In this document: piece by piece, positions 39,868 to 47,649 of the stretch
Position numbering within the stretch: the stretch's first letter is position 1
Layout: every line of letters begins with the position of its first letter
Virus record (IMG/VR): IMGVR_UViG_3300031687_000007
Coordinates: 3,826 to 67,825 of that record
From: a virus
Strand: one strand, 5' to 3'
DNA: 64,000 bases
The notes under the pieces: generated by a model
Seen by the model: only the letters and a program-made list of their open reading frames with translations
Database searches by the model: none
Told to the model about the DNA's origin: nothing
Made by a program: the position numbers and the translations under genes

Positions 39868-40188
39868 TTAAATAATAGCGTTAAGTAGGAACTTTGCTAA
39901 AAGTACGCCTATAACAGCTCCAGTTAATGACACAAAGAACATACCTGTAAGAGTAGGTGGCTTATCTGTCTCAACAACAATTGGCTTAGTTACCTTACTA
40001 GGTGTACCTGCAGCCGTAGTAGGCCTATCATGACCATACCGAGTCTTTAATTTACTAATACGAACACCTACAGCAATAGGTGTACGCCCAATAGACTCTG
40101 CAATTGCTTCATTAGAGCAACCTGCTAAGTAGCTATCCCATACAAAGTCATTGTCTTTTACTGACCACTGCTTTCTTTCATTACTCAT
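39868..40188 (-). CDS. Myb-like HTH protein with C-terminal TM helix
   Basis: Start MSNERKQW (ATGA overlap); WSVKDNDF...IAESIGRTPIAVGVRISKL; hydrophobic tail. Confidence 0.65.
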   Translation of the reverse strand: MSNERKQWSVKDNDFVWDSYLAGCSNEAIAESIGRTPIAVGVRISKLKTRYGHDRPTTAAGTPSKVTKPIVVETDKPPTLTGMFFVSLTGAVIGVLLAKFLLNAII

Positions 40189-40382
40189 TCGTCTGCTCCT
40201 TGTCCGCTCAGGTATCGCATTGCCCAATCGGATTTAATATTAGAATTGTTAATTGACCTACGTACCTTACCTAACTGTTCTTCTAGATCAGCTTTCTGCC
40301 TCTCCAACTTACAGCGGTAACCGTACTGTTCTTGGATCACTGTTACTAACTCAGCATCCGACCTATACTTTAGATCAGACAT
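40185..40382 (-). CDS. Small coiled-coil hypothetical protein
   Basis: Start MSDLKYRS at 40382 with GGAGG RBS. Confidence 0.55.
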   Translation of the reverse strand: MSDLKYRSDAELVTVIQEQYGYRCKLERQKADLEEQLGKVRRSINNSNIKSDWAMRYLSGQGADE

Positions 40383-40761
40383 CGTCATCATCCTCCATGT
40401 TAATAACACCTTCAGTGGTGATAGACATAATCTTACTACCACATACACCATAGGCAGCAACCCACAATGGAGTATTACCTGTCATGTAGAAGTCACCACC
40501 CTTGTACCCATGGAACACTTTACCCATAGCATCTTTACATTGGGTCAGTAACTCGAAAACTGTCTTAGATGAGTCATATGGCTCAAATGCTAGATCAGAG
40601 TAGTAACCACGATAACTATCTAGGTCACCCAACCCCTCAATCAACATATCTCCCGGCAACTCTTTTAGTGCCTCAATCATGTCACCTAAGGTCATCTGGC
40701 TCTCCGAACGCTTCAATGCCTCTTCTGCCATTATTCCATCAATTAAATGTTGTAAGTTCAT
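40375..40761 (-). CDS. Conserved phage hypothetical protein
   Basis: MTLGDMIEAL, DSYRGYYSDLAFEP and GYKGGDFYM. Confidence 0.7.
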   Translation of the reverse strand: MNLQHLIDGIMAEEALKRSESQMTLGDMIEALKELPGDMLIEGLGDLDSYRGYYSDLAFEPYDSSKTVFELLTQCKDAMGKVFHGYKGGDFYMTGNTPLWVAAYGVCGSKIMSITTEGVINMEDDDDV

Positions 40762-40961
40762 TATTTCATACTCCTTGTATCCCAGTTCTCAATGATAGTA
40801 CTACCACTTATACCCTGCTTGACCCTATCTTTAGGACGAGTGTCTTCCCCAACAGGCTCATACAGATGTTTAGTACATGCAATACCAAATACTTGACCAT
40901 CTTGATGGATACCTTTAACAACAGGTAACCCCTTCTGACAACCATCACAGCTATTAGTCAT
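40761..40961 (-). CDS. Small Cys-containing hypothetical protein
   Basis: CDGCQKGLP...H...ACT; coupled to its neighbours. Confidence 0.55.
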   Translation of the reverse strand: MTNSCDGCQKGLPVVKGIHQDGQVFGIACTKHLYEPVGEDTRPKDRVKQGISGSTIIENWDTRSMK

Positions 40962-41281
40962 TTGGACTCCCTTGCTTCATCCATCTCAGCACGTACCTTA
41001 AGTAATAACTCCTCCAACTCCTCAGGAGAGTTTACAACTTCAAATCGTGCATTCTCTTGAGAAGCACTCTCACTCTTTATATAGTGCATAAACAGCATGT
41101 GTGCTCGGTTAACACTACTCAATGTGACAACCACTAACAGATTGACTACACCGAAGAATACACACGTAAGTATAAATAATAGGTTTGGATCAATAGACCC
41201 TCCCCCTGATATATGTACTGACACTGATGCCATTACAATAACTGGCAGCACTATTAATGCCTTGGTTACATTAGTTAACAT
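40958..41281 (-). CDS. Membrane protein with two TM helices
   Basis: Two hydrophobic segments; GAGGTG RBS. Confidence 0.65.
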   Translation of the reverse strand: MLTNVTKALIVLPVIVMASVSVHISGGGSIDPNLLFILTCVFFGVVNLLVVVTLSSVNRAHMLFMHYIKSESASQENARFEVVNSPEELEELLLKVRAEMDEARESK

Positions 41282-41304
41282 ATACGTTCACCTCATAGTT
41301 TTAT

Positions 41305-41329
41305 AAAAAAAGACTCCAATTAAGGAGTC
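41305..41329 (-). terminator. Intrinsic terminator
   Basis: GACTCC-TTAATT-GGAGTC followed by TTTTTTT on the - strand. Confidence 0.85.
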
Positions 41330-41395
41330 GTAGGGTTTGAAATGGACAATTACTAGTAAAATTACTAGTCTTTGAAATGGATGATTTAGTTCACC
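41305..41395 (-). ncRNA. Candidate ~90-nt small RNA transcribed by vRNAP
   Basis: Bounded by a hairpin promoter (+1 at 41395) and a terminator. No ORF. Two UCCAUUUCAAA copies flank a hairpin. Confidence 0.55.
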
Positions 41396-41414
41396 AAAGG
41401 GCACGGAGTGCCCT
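41394..41414 (-). promoter_or_regulatory. vRNAP-type hairpin promoter (template = + strand)
   Basis: CC-AA-AGGGCAC-GGA-GTGCCCT. +1 C lies 11 nt from the loop centre, giving a GG RNA start. Confidence 0.8.
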
Positions 41415-41421
41415 CCCTAAT

Positions 41422-42405
41422 CTATGATAGTGCGTACTCTGATTTACGGATCAATGATGCTAGATCATCAGAATCCTTTGTTATGGATATATTTTGACCA
41501 GTTACATCCTTTACAAATATCTCCATAGCATTCATCTCAGACAAGGTAGCAAGTATCTCTCGATAATTCCTACGTACCGTATTCATATGGTTCGGTGATG
41601 CCCAGAATGAGTCATGAATGTGAGCTATTTGGATCCCCTGCTTATTGCCCATACGAATCATCATACGTGCTACCCACCCATCTAAACTATGAATGAAGTT
41701 AGGACATAATGGAGTGTACTTACCACTAGGCTGGTTATTAGTATGACGGTACGTAAAGGTAGTATGATCAAGCTCATCTACCTCAATACGAGTATCAATA
41801 GCCTCAGTAACTCGTACCTTAGCTATGTGACCATCTGGAGTACTCCACTTATGGAACAGTGCACCTGCATCCCAACAATCGTTGATTAATTCCTTCACAT
41901 CTTCTGCACCACTAAAGGATGAGAACAGTACCTTATCGAAAGCATCCTTCTGAGCTTGTGTAAGCGTCTCCTGGACACTCTTGTTGTAATAGTGCGTCAT
42001 TATAGGCTTCTTAACATCACCTCTCACAACAGCATCTGTTGGATCTAACAGCATGTTCATGCCATCAGCTACCTTAGTGTATACGTCTTCCCTGTTACCC
42101 GTATCAATAAGGTTAACCGCAGCTGCAGTCTTCTTACATCCTGACAGGCATGCCATCACCTGTAGACCAGACGCAGTAGCATCTAATGACATTACATATC
42201 CTGTGGGAATACCCTTCAATGCATCTTTATGTGCATTAAGAGCCTTCACAAACAAGAACTTGTTATCTGCTTCAGGCGCCATGTCGTACAAGTCCTTCTC
42301 ATTACAATCAAACCAGAATATCCTCTGCTGCCAAGTAAGCTTGTCCATACCAAACTCATTAGCTGCTGCTATCTTGATGTACTCTAAACCTGTAAACGTT
42401 TCCAT
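41422..42405 (-). CDS. RNA polymerase II subunit 2 (N4 gp16-like)
   Basis: LDATASGLQ, RGDVKKPIMTHYY, NFIHSLDG and IHDSF. Confidence 0.92.
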   Translation of the reverse strand: METFTGLEYIKIAAANEFGMDKLTWQQRIFWFDCNEKDLYDMAPEADNKFLFVKALNAHKDALKGIPTGYVMSLDATASGLQVMACLSGCKKTAAAVNLIDTGNREDVYTKVADGMNMLLDPTDAVVRGDVKKPIMTHYYNKSVQETLTQAQKDAFDKVLFSSFSGAEDVKELINDCWDAGALFHKWSTPDGHIAKVRVTEAIDTRIEVDELDHTTFTYRHTNNQPSGKYTPLCPNFIHSLDGWVARMMIRMGNKQGIQIAHIHDSFWASPNHMNTVRRNYREILATLSEMNAMEIFVKDVTGQNISITKDSDDLASLIRKSEYALS

Positions 42406-42414
42406 AGTGTTCCC

Positions 42415-42597
42415 CTAGTTAATGTTTAGTTCATCTAACTTATTTGCCAGCTCTCTAAGTAGCCAACTATGTAGCTCATAAATACCTGACTCAAACACAT
42501 AGTAGTCACCATGGTTATCTATAGTGCCTATGTGCCCTGAGCCCATATACACTTCAATCTCATTAGGATTTACCACACGATACGTCAATTCATTCAT
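42415..42597 (-). CDS. Hypothetical protein between the RNAP II subunits
   Basis: 60 aa; LRELANKLDELN; ATGA coupling. Confidence 0.6.
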   Translation of the reverse strand: MNELTYRVVNPNEIEVYMGSGHIGTIDNHGDYYVFESGIYELHSWLLRELANKLDELNIN

Positions 42598-43460
42598 AGT
42601 GTTATAACCTCTTGTTTTGTAAAGGATAATAGGGCTTTCTTATAGTCAGATGACTGAAAGTTTATGTGGTAACCTGATGAGTAAGACCTACCTCGCTTAT
42701 CAAACTTCCACATGAAGTAGAATGGTATGTTCGTATACTCATGATACACACGCTTACTGGTTATACTCATGATCTTAAACTGAAGAGCTTTCTTAGGGGT
42801 ATCCAGCTCCTTATTAGGTTGCTCTTTCATAGCCATAATCATGGGATCTAGCGTCCACTCAATAGACTGCAGTATGTTCAAACAGTCCAAAGACTGACTA
42901 TGGTTGTGATGGTTCTCCTTACCAAGAATACAGCTCTCTTCCTGAGTATGAAGACCGCCACCTTTGTTCATAGTCCACATCTTAGGCTTCAATACCAATG
43001 GTGGTACATACATGAACTCCTCGATCTTACTCAACACCTCAGTACTAGGTATTAGGTATGGCTCAATCGCTAGCGTCCCTGTAGGGTTCTCTGAGTAGTC
43101 ATGAGCTAACAACTCATACAACTTACCCTCACATACTGCGATGATCTCAGCAGCTGTTTTGACCCCATCTAAGAGCTTTTCAGCCAGTAGAGGAGCAAGT
43201 GAACCGCACAATCCTTGAATAGGAGTGATTTCACCATTACACCGCATGATAGATGCAGCTAAATGGTAAGCAATGTCTAAAGATTCTACCCGTATCTCCT
43301 TAATACGTAGGTTCTTAGACTCATAGCTATACTGTTGATTCTTATACGTTTCTATTGCAAATACTAACCCTACAATACTCTCTAAATCTGTGTCATCTTT
43401 TAACGATGACATTAGACCTCTACGTGAGTATGTAGTCTCCAACAATTCTTGCTTGTTCAT
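42594..43460 (-). CDS. RNA polymerase II subunit 1 (N4 gp15-like)
   Basis: YVPPLVLKP and FDKRGRSYSSGYHINFQS. Confidence 0.92.
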   Translation of the reverse strand: MNKQELLETTYSRRGLMSSLKDDTDLESIVGLVFAIETYKNQQYSYESKNLRIKEIRVESLDIAYHLAASIMRCNGEITPIQGLCGSLAPLLAEKLLDGVKTAAEIIAVCEGKLYELLAHDYSENPTGTLAIEPYLIPSTEVLSKIEEFMYVPPLVLKPKMWTMNKGGGLHTQEESCILGKENHHNHSQSLDCLNILQSIEWTLDPMIMAMKEQPNKELDTPKKALQFKIMSITSKRVYHEYTNIPFYFMWKFDKRGRSYSSGYHINFQSSDYKKALLSFTKQEVITL

Positions 43461-43473
43461 AAGTATTCCTTGG

Positions 43474-43722
43474 TTAGAATGGCATATAAGGTATAACTTT
43501 CTGGACTATCTGAGTGGCTACTTCCCTATGGATCACATATGTATCAGACCTAGTGCCCCATACAACCTTCAAATGTTCCATCTTGTAGTAGTCAGCAGCA
43601 TGTTGCTCACATATGTTGTCACAACTCTGCATAAACCCGCTTATCTCCTCAATATAGTGAGGCTTAAACAGGTTAATCTTAGTCACCAGCTTCTTACATT
43701 CACAAGTGTGTTCACATACCAT
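43474..43722 (-). CDS. Hypothetical Cys-containing protein
   Basis: 82 aa, AAGGAG RBS. Confidence 0.55.
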   Translation of the reverse strand: MVCEHTCECKKLVTKINLFKPHYIEEISGFMQSCDNICEQHAADYYKMEHLKVVWGTRSDTYVIHREVATQIVQKVIPYMPF

Positions 43723-43731
43723 GACAACTCC

Positions 43732-43938
43732 TTACATATAGTCAGTTAGGTCAACATCCCTTGAATGTAGGTAAGTCTTGATCAACTCATCTGCAAACTC
43801 CTGGTCAATACTTCCAGAGTCTAGGTCAGCTATCAATTTGATTGCTAATGCAGTGTAAAACCCGTATTCGGTTATTGCCCATGGCTCTATATCAAATATA
43901 TAGTCACTAAAACGGTTCAGGAACTCTATTGTGCTCAT
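43732..43938 (-). CDS. Hypothetical protein
   Basis: 68 aa, GGAG RBS. Confidence 0.6.
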   Translation of the reverse strand: MSTIEFLNRFSDYIFDIEPWAITEYGFYTALAIKLIADLDSGSIDQEFADELIKTYLHSRDVDLTDYM

Positions 43939-44206
43939 TGTAATTCTCCACTCTTATTTTAATTTCTCTAGCTACAAACATACACACCCTGTAACTACAC
44001 ATAGTCTTCCCGAAAGTCAGCAATAGCGTGACTCTCTTAGCTGTAATACATCTATCACAACTACATTGGTGATATTTGCTAGGTACAAGTCTTGATATAA
44101 ATACCTTGTTAGGCATTGCCATAAACATCTTAAATTCTATCTCCTTGCATACATCCATGAGACCTCCTGTAACTATCTCTAAGACAATATAAGACTTACC
44201 ATACAC
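43907..44206 (-). CDS. Hypothetical protein (start uncertain)
   Basis: Cys-rich ORF; an internal start after GGAGG at about 44158 is plausible. Confidence 0.4.
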   Translation of the reverse strand: MYGKSYIVLEIVTGGLMDVCKEIEFKMFMAMPNKVFISRLVPSKYHQCSCDRCITAKRVTLLLTFGKTMCSYRVCMFVAREIKIRVENYNEHNRVPEPF

Positions 44207-44231
44207 AATGTGCAGAGTAAGCCTTTAAACA

Positions 44232-44381
44232 TCATACAGAGCCTTCTAGCGCCTCTGACTTGCTTCTAATCAACTTGTAAGGAGATACAAACGTAAATAT
44301 ACGGTTATACTCCTCATTGTCACACTCAGATGGATGAAAATGCTCTTCAGCCAACGTGGATACATCAATAAATTCAAACAT
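44232..44381 (-). CDS. Small hypothetical protein (49 aa, not in the ORF track)
   Basis: MFEFIDVSTLAEEHFHPSECDNEEYNRIF...; starts 2 nt after the upstream stop. Confidence 0.45.
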   Translation of the reverse strand: MFEFIDVSTLAEEHFHPSECDNEEYNRIFTFVSPYKLIRSKSEALEGSV

Positions 44382-44383
44382 AA

Positions 44384-44653
44384 CTATTCCCCAATGTTAT
44401 ATGAACAACCATTCTCTTGACGGGTGATATCCTTACGTGGAATACCATTGCCAACTAGGTCAGCAATACACTCATTCTGAATGTCATACTGGTCTTGATA
44501 CTGAACAAATGAGTTAACTCCCTTGTCCATCAATATTGATAAACTAAATAAAACTACAGTCGAAACAATCACTGCACATGTTATTAATAACACCATGTTT
44601 ATAGTATTATTATTATTACCAATACTCGCACTACGCTCTAATTTTCTACGCAT
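44384..44653 (-). CDS. Small single-TM protein
   Basis: Hydrophobic helix followed by ECIADLVGNGIPRKDI...GC. Confidence 0.65.
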   Translation of the reverse strand: MRRKLERSASIGNNNNTINMVLLITCAVIVSTVVLFSLSILMDKGVNSFVQYQDQYDIQNECIADLVGNGIPRKDITRQENGCSYNIGE

Positions 44654-44671
44654 TTCCTACTCCACTTATAT

Positions 44672-44706
44672 TAATTTAAAGGGAGACCACATAACGTGAT
44701 CCCCCC
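44672..44706 (-). terminator. Intrinsic terminator
   Basis: GGGGGAUCAC-GUUAU-GUGGUCUCCC-UUU with G-U pairs on the - strand; short U tract. Confidence 0.65.
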
Positions 44707-44715
44707 TTGGTATTA

Positions 44716-45075
44716 CTAGTCACCGAATACATCATCTTCAGTGAACGGAGAGTTATAGAACAACTCTTCAGTACTAAACTTAGCAATGAATGCAGCTTTA
44801 CCAGCTGGGTTACCATTCACCCAAGCAAGGTTAATCTTCTTGCCTTTAGCGTTAACTCGAAAGACCACTGTACCCTTAGGTAAAGTTTCCATCTGAAGCA
44901 CTGCCTCACGCTCTTTAAAGTACTGACCATCAACATTATCCCAATGTGCTTGGATCGAACTATGTAAGTTCAAGATTCCACACTGGTTACCTTCGGAATC
45001 ATATACGAATACACCAGGTGCATTGTTGTATACGATAGGAGTTACTGTTGCTTTTACTGAGGTATTTGCTTTCAT
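44716..45075 (-). CDS. Early hypothetical protein
   Basis: 119 aa, beta-rich with acidic/aromatic tail; has its own terminator. Confidence 0.7.
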   Translation of the reverse strand: MKANTSVKATVTPIVYNNAPGVFVYDSEGNQCGILNLHSSIQAHWDNVDGQYFKEREAVLQMETLPKGTVVFRVNAKGKKINLAWVNGNPAGKAAFIAKFSTEELFYNSPFTEDDVFGD

Positions 45076-45421
45076 AATATGTTCCGTATTAATAAAGAAT
45101 TAAGACACGAAGTTGTGTCATTTATATAAGAAGAAAGGTTCGCTTGACCTAACTGTTAGTTAAGTACTCTTGCCCTATCTTCATACATAGAGTAAGAAGG
45201 GTTAGTATGTGTGAGGGTTTGATTTGAGTGAGGATGGTGGTTGTGGTTAGTATTAGAGTGGGTGTGAAATGTAGGAGGAGAGAGGTAGAGTAAGATATAT
45301 GGAAGTTTATAAGAGGTAAACCTAATTAAACCAGTGGTATAGCCCGTAGCCAGTAGCTTTCCTTGCCCTATCTTGTTGGTTGTTTGGTGTGATTTGTTGG
45401 TGTGATTTCTTAGCTTGTGGT

Positions 45422-45450
45422 AAAAATATACCCCACCCGTTAGGGTGAGG
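45422..45450 (-). terminator. Intrinsic terminator
   Basis: CCUCACCC-UAAC-GGGUGGGG-UAUAUUUUU. Confidence 0.65.
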
Positions 45451-45457
45451 ATTAGGC

Positions 45458-45685
45458 TTAGGCCTTGGCTTCGTCTGATGCTAGGCGTAGTGCTTTGCGA
45501 TGAGCGAATAGGTCTGCTAGTGTCATGTCAGCGTCTGCTAGAGCTTCGTTGACCATGTTGGTTGATGCTACTTCCATAGCGATGGCACCGTTAGCTAGTG
45601 AGATCATAGCTGAGTCGGTGAAGAGTGCTGCGTGATTCACTTGTGATGCGATGAATGCTGTTGTACGTGCTACTTGCTTGAACAT
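45458..45685 (-). CDS. First early gene, small Ala-rich protein
   Basis: 75 aa, AAGGA RBS, followed by a terminator. Confidence 0.65.
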   Translation of the reverse strand: MFKQVARTTAFIASQVNHAALFTDSAMISLANGAIAMEVASTNMVNEALADADMTLADLFAHRKALRLASDEAKA

Positions 45686-45689
45686 ATGT

Positions 45690-46000
45690 AATTCCTTAAG
45701 GTTAATTTAATTGTGGTTGGTACCGTTCATTGAATAAGAAAGCTTTTGCTGTTGGTGTGAAAGGCTTAACGTCCCTTGGTAGTCTTATAGGGGGGGGGTC
45801 TTTGTTTGTTCTAGTCTCTGCTTCTTAAGTACTGTGTCAGCCTCAACATATAATATTTCTGAAAATACCTATATTAGTTTTTCTGTATATACGGGGTACT
45901 TGTAAAGAGAGACGTACTTATGTACTATCCTCTTATACTACTCCTGTTAAGGATATATAGGTGAGTAAGGCGAAGCGAAGCGAGAGCCTTACGAACCGTG
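45690..46000. other. Divergent noncoding region, probable genome terminus
   Basis: Early genes run left and terminase runs right; N4-like genome ends map to this junction. Contains a G9 run and hairpins. Confidence 0.55.
45900..45928 (+). promoter_or_regulatory. Putative sigma70-type late promoter
   Basis: TTGTAA-N17-TACTAT. Confidence 0.55.
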
Positions 46001-46066
46001 TATTGTATTAATGATCTGTTATATGTAGACTATGACTCTATTATAAATATTATAGCGGTTATTGTT

Positions 46067-46774
46067 ATGGATCAAGCACTAGAGGTTAGAGAGGAGTTCC
46101 TAAGTAAGGAAGAGTTTGTTATGGCTCTACCTAAGGGATTCAAGAATAAAGTAAGTGACGAGCTAATGTCCTCTATCAATGGGGTGTTACAAGATCAAGG
46201 TACTAGAGACCAGCTTAGAGAGAACCTGATAGGTTATGGTAGTGTGTTGGCTCAGGGTCGTTATAAGATGGACGACTATGTGGCTGCAGTTAAGTATGTG
46301 AGCCATAAGGTACTAGGGTCTAGTAATCTGGAGGCATATGTAAAGACCTTCCCAGAGCGTTATAAGAGGCTTCTAGATGATGGTGTAGATAACCATCGTA
46401 TTAGTGCGTATTCTTCTGCATATAATAAGAACCAGTTGGTTAATAAGATCCTTGAGCAGTCCCTTGTGCCTTCATATTTGTTGAATGCTGATGTGTTCCA
46501 GAGGGCGTTGAATGTTCAGGCTGATTTGATGACAGATCCAGGTGTTAGTCATAAGGTGCGGAGTGATGCTGCTAATAGTCTTTTGACCCATCTTAAGAGG
46601 CCTGAGAGCATGAAGATAGAGTTAGAAGTGGGGGTAAAAGAGGATCAGTCTATAAATGAGTTGAGGGCTGCTACAATGGCCTTGGCTGCTAATCAGAGGG
46701 ACATGATTAAGTCTGGTATGATGAATGCGAAAGATGTTGCCCATAGTAAAATAATCGAAGGTGAGGTGGTATAG
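46067..46774 (+). CDS. N4 gp69-like protein (putative terminase small subunit)
   Basis: Start MDQALEV; YVAAVKYVS, KTFPERY and KVRSDAANSLLTHLKRPE. Confidence 0.8.
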   Translation: MDQALEVREEFLSKEEFVMALPKGFKNKVSDELMSSINGVLQDQGTRDQLRENLIGYGSVLAQGRYKMDDYVAAVKYVSHKVLGSSNLEAYVKTFPERYKRLLDDGVDNHRISAYSSAYNKNQLVNKILEQSLVPSYLLNADVFQRALNVQADLMTDPGVSHKVRSDAANSLLTHLKRPESMKIELEVGVKEDQSINELRAATMALAANQRDMIKSGMMNAKDVAHSKIIEGEVV

Positions 46775-46776
46775 AG

Positions 46777-47442
46777 ATGGAAGGTGTATCTGGGTTACAA
46801 GGTGTTTTGACTGATCTGTTTGGTCAGTATATGTCTGGTGATATGAAGTATGAAGAGTATGCTGCTAATGTGCAGATGATTCAGCAAGGTGATCCAGATA
46901 TATTCCAGCAGGTTCAAGATGTAAATACTGCTCAAAAGGGTAAGATGCTGGATAGCTTACAGTTTGATACTGATGGTTATGGTATGGACAATTGGAGTGA
47001 TGCTGGTCTTAGAAATATCAAATCTGGTAACTTAGACGTACCCTTTGGAATTGAGGGAAATGATAGCTTTTTGCCTATAGGTGAAGAGGTGTTGGGTGCG
47101 GCTGGAAGCGATGGTAGGGTGTTTATGTCGGGTAGGGCTGTGGCTGGTAATGATAGGCCTCTTCCTGAAGTGCTGAGGCATGAAGGTAGTCATAGTGTTT
47201 TTAATTTTCCTGACATAGGAAGGAGCGCTGAGGAGGGTCTGGTTAGGCAGCGTGATAATCAATATTCACAAATAAATAATACGGCGCAATCTTCTATACC
47301 TCAAATGACAGAGGTGCAAGCCAATCAACTTGATTACATAAATTCCAATGTTAATAATCGCCAAATTAACGAGCCATTAAAAATAAAAACCCCGGTGGAA
47401 GATGATGGCTCTATGTGGAACCAATTTACCAGCATGTTTTAA
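46777..47442 (+). CDS. Hypothetical protein with HExxH metallopeptidase motif
   Basis: EVLRHEGSH with downstream AEEGLV. Confidence 0.65.
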   Translation: MEGVSGLQGVLTDLFGQYMSGDMKYEEYAANVQMIQQGDPDIFQQVQDVNTAQKGKMLDSLQFDTDGYGMDNWSDAGLRNIKSGNLDVPFGIEGNDSFLPIGEEVLGAAGSDGRVFMSGRAVAGNDRPLPEVLRHEGSHSVFNFPDIGRSAEEGLVRQRDNQYSQINNTAQSSIPQMTEVQANQLDYINSNVNNRQINEPLKIKTPVEDDGSMWNQFTSMF

Positions 47443-47649
47443 TAAGATTGACGGGGAAACCTTTAATCATAGTAATATAATGTTCAATTTTAACACTATT
47501 GACGATTTTATAATAAATATAAAAAATTTTGTAATAATAATTAAATATATCTCATCTTATGTGATTATTAATTGTAATAATAATGATGAGTTTAATAATC
47601 TATTAAATAAGATGGAAACAGCTTACTCTGTTTTTATTTATAAGCAGGA

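Noticed and set aside
41336-41381. Mini-CRISPR array (TTTGAAAT resembles repeat ends)
   Set aside because: Only two 11-nt repeats, the 'spacer' is itself palindromic, and no cas operon is present.
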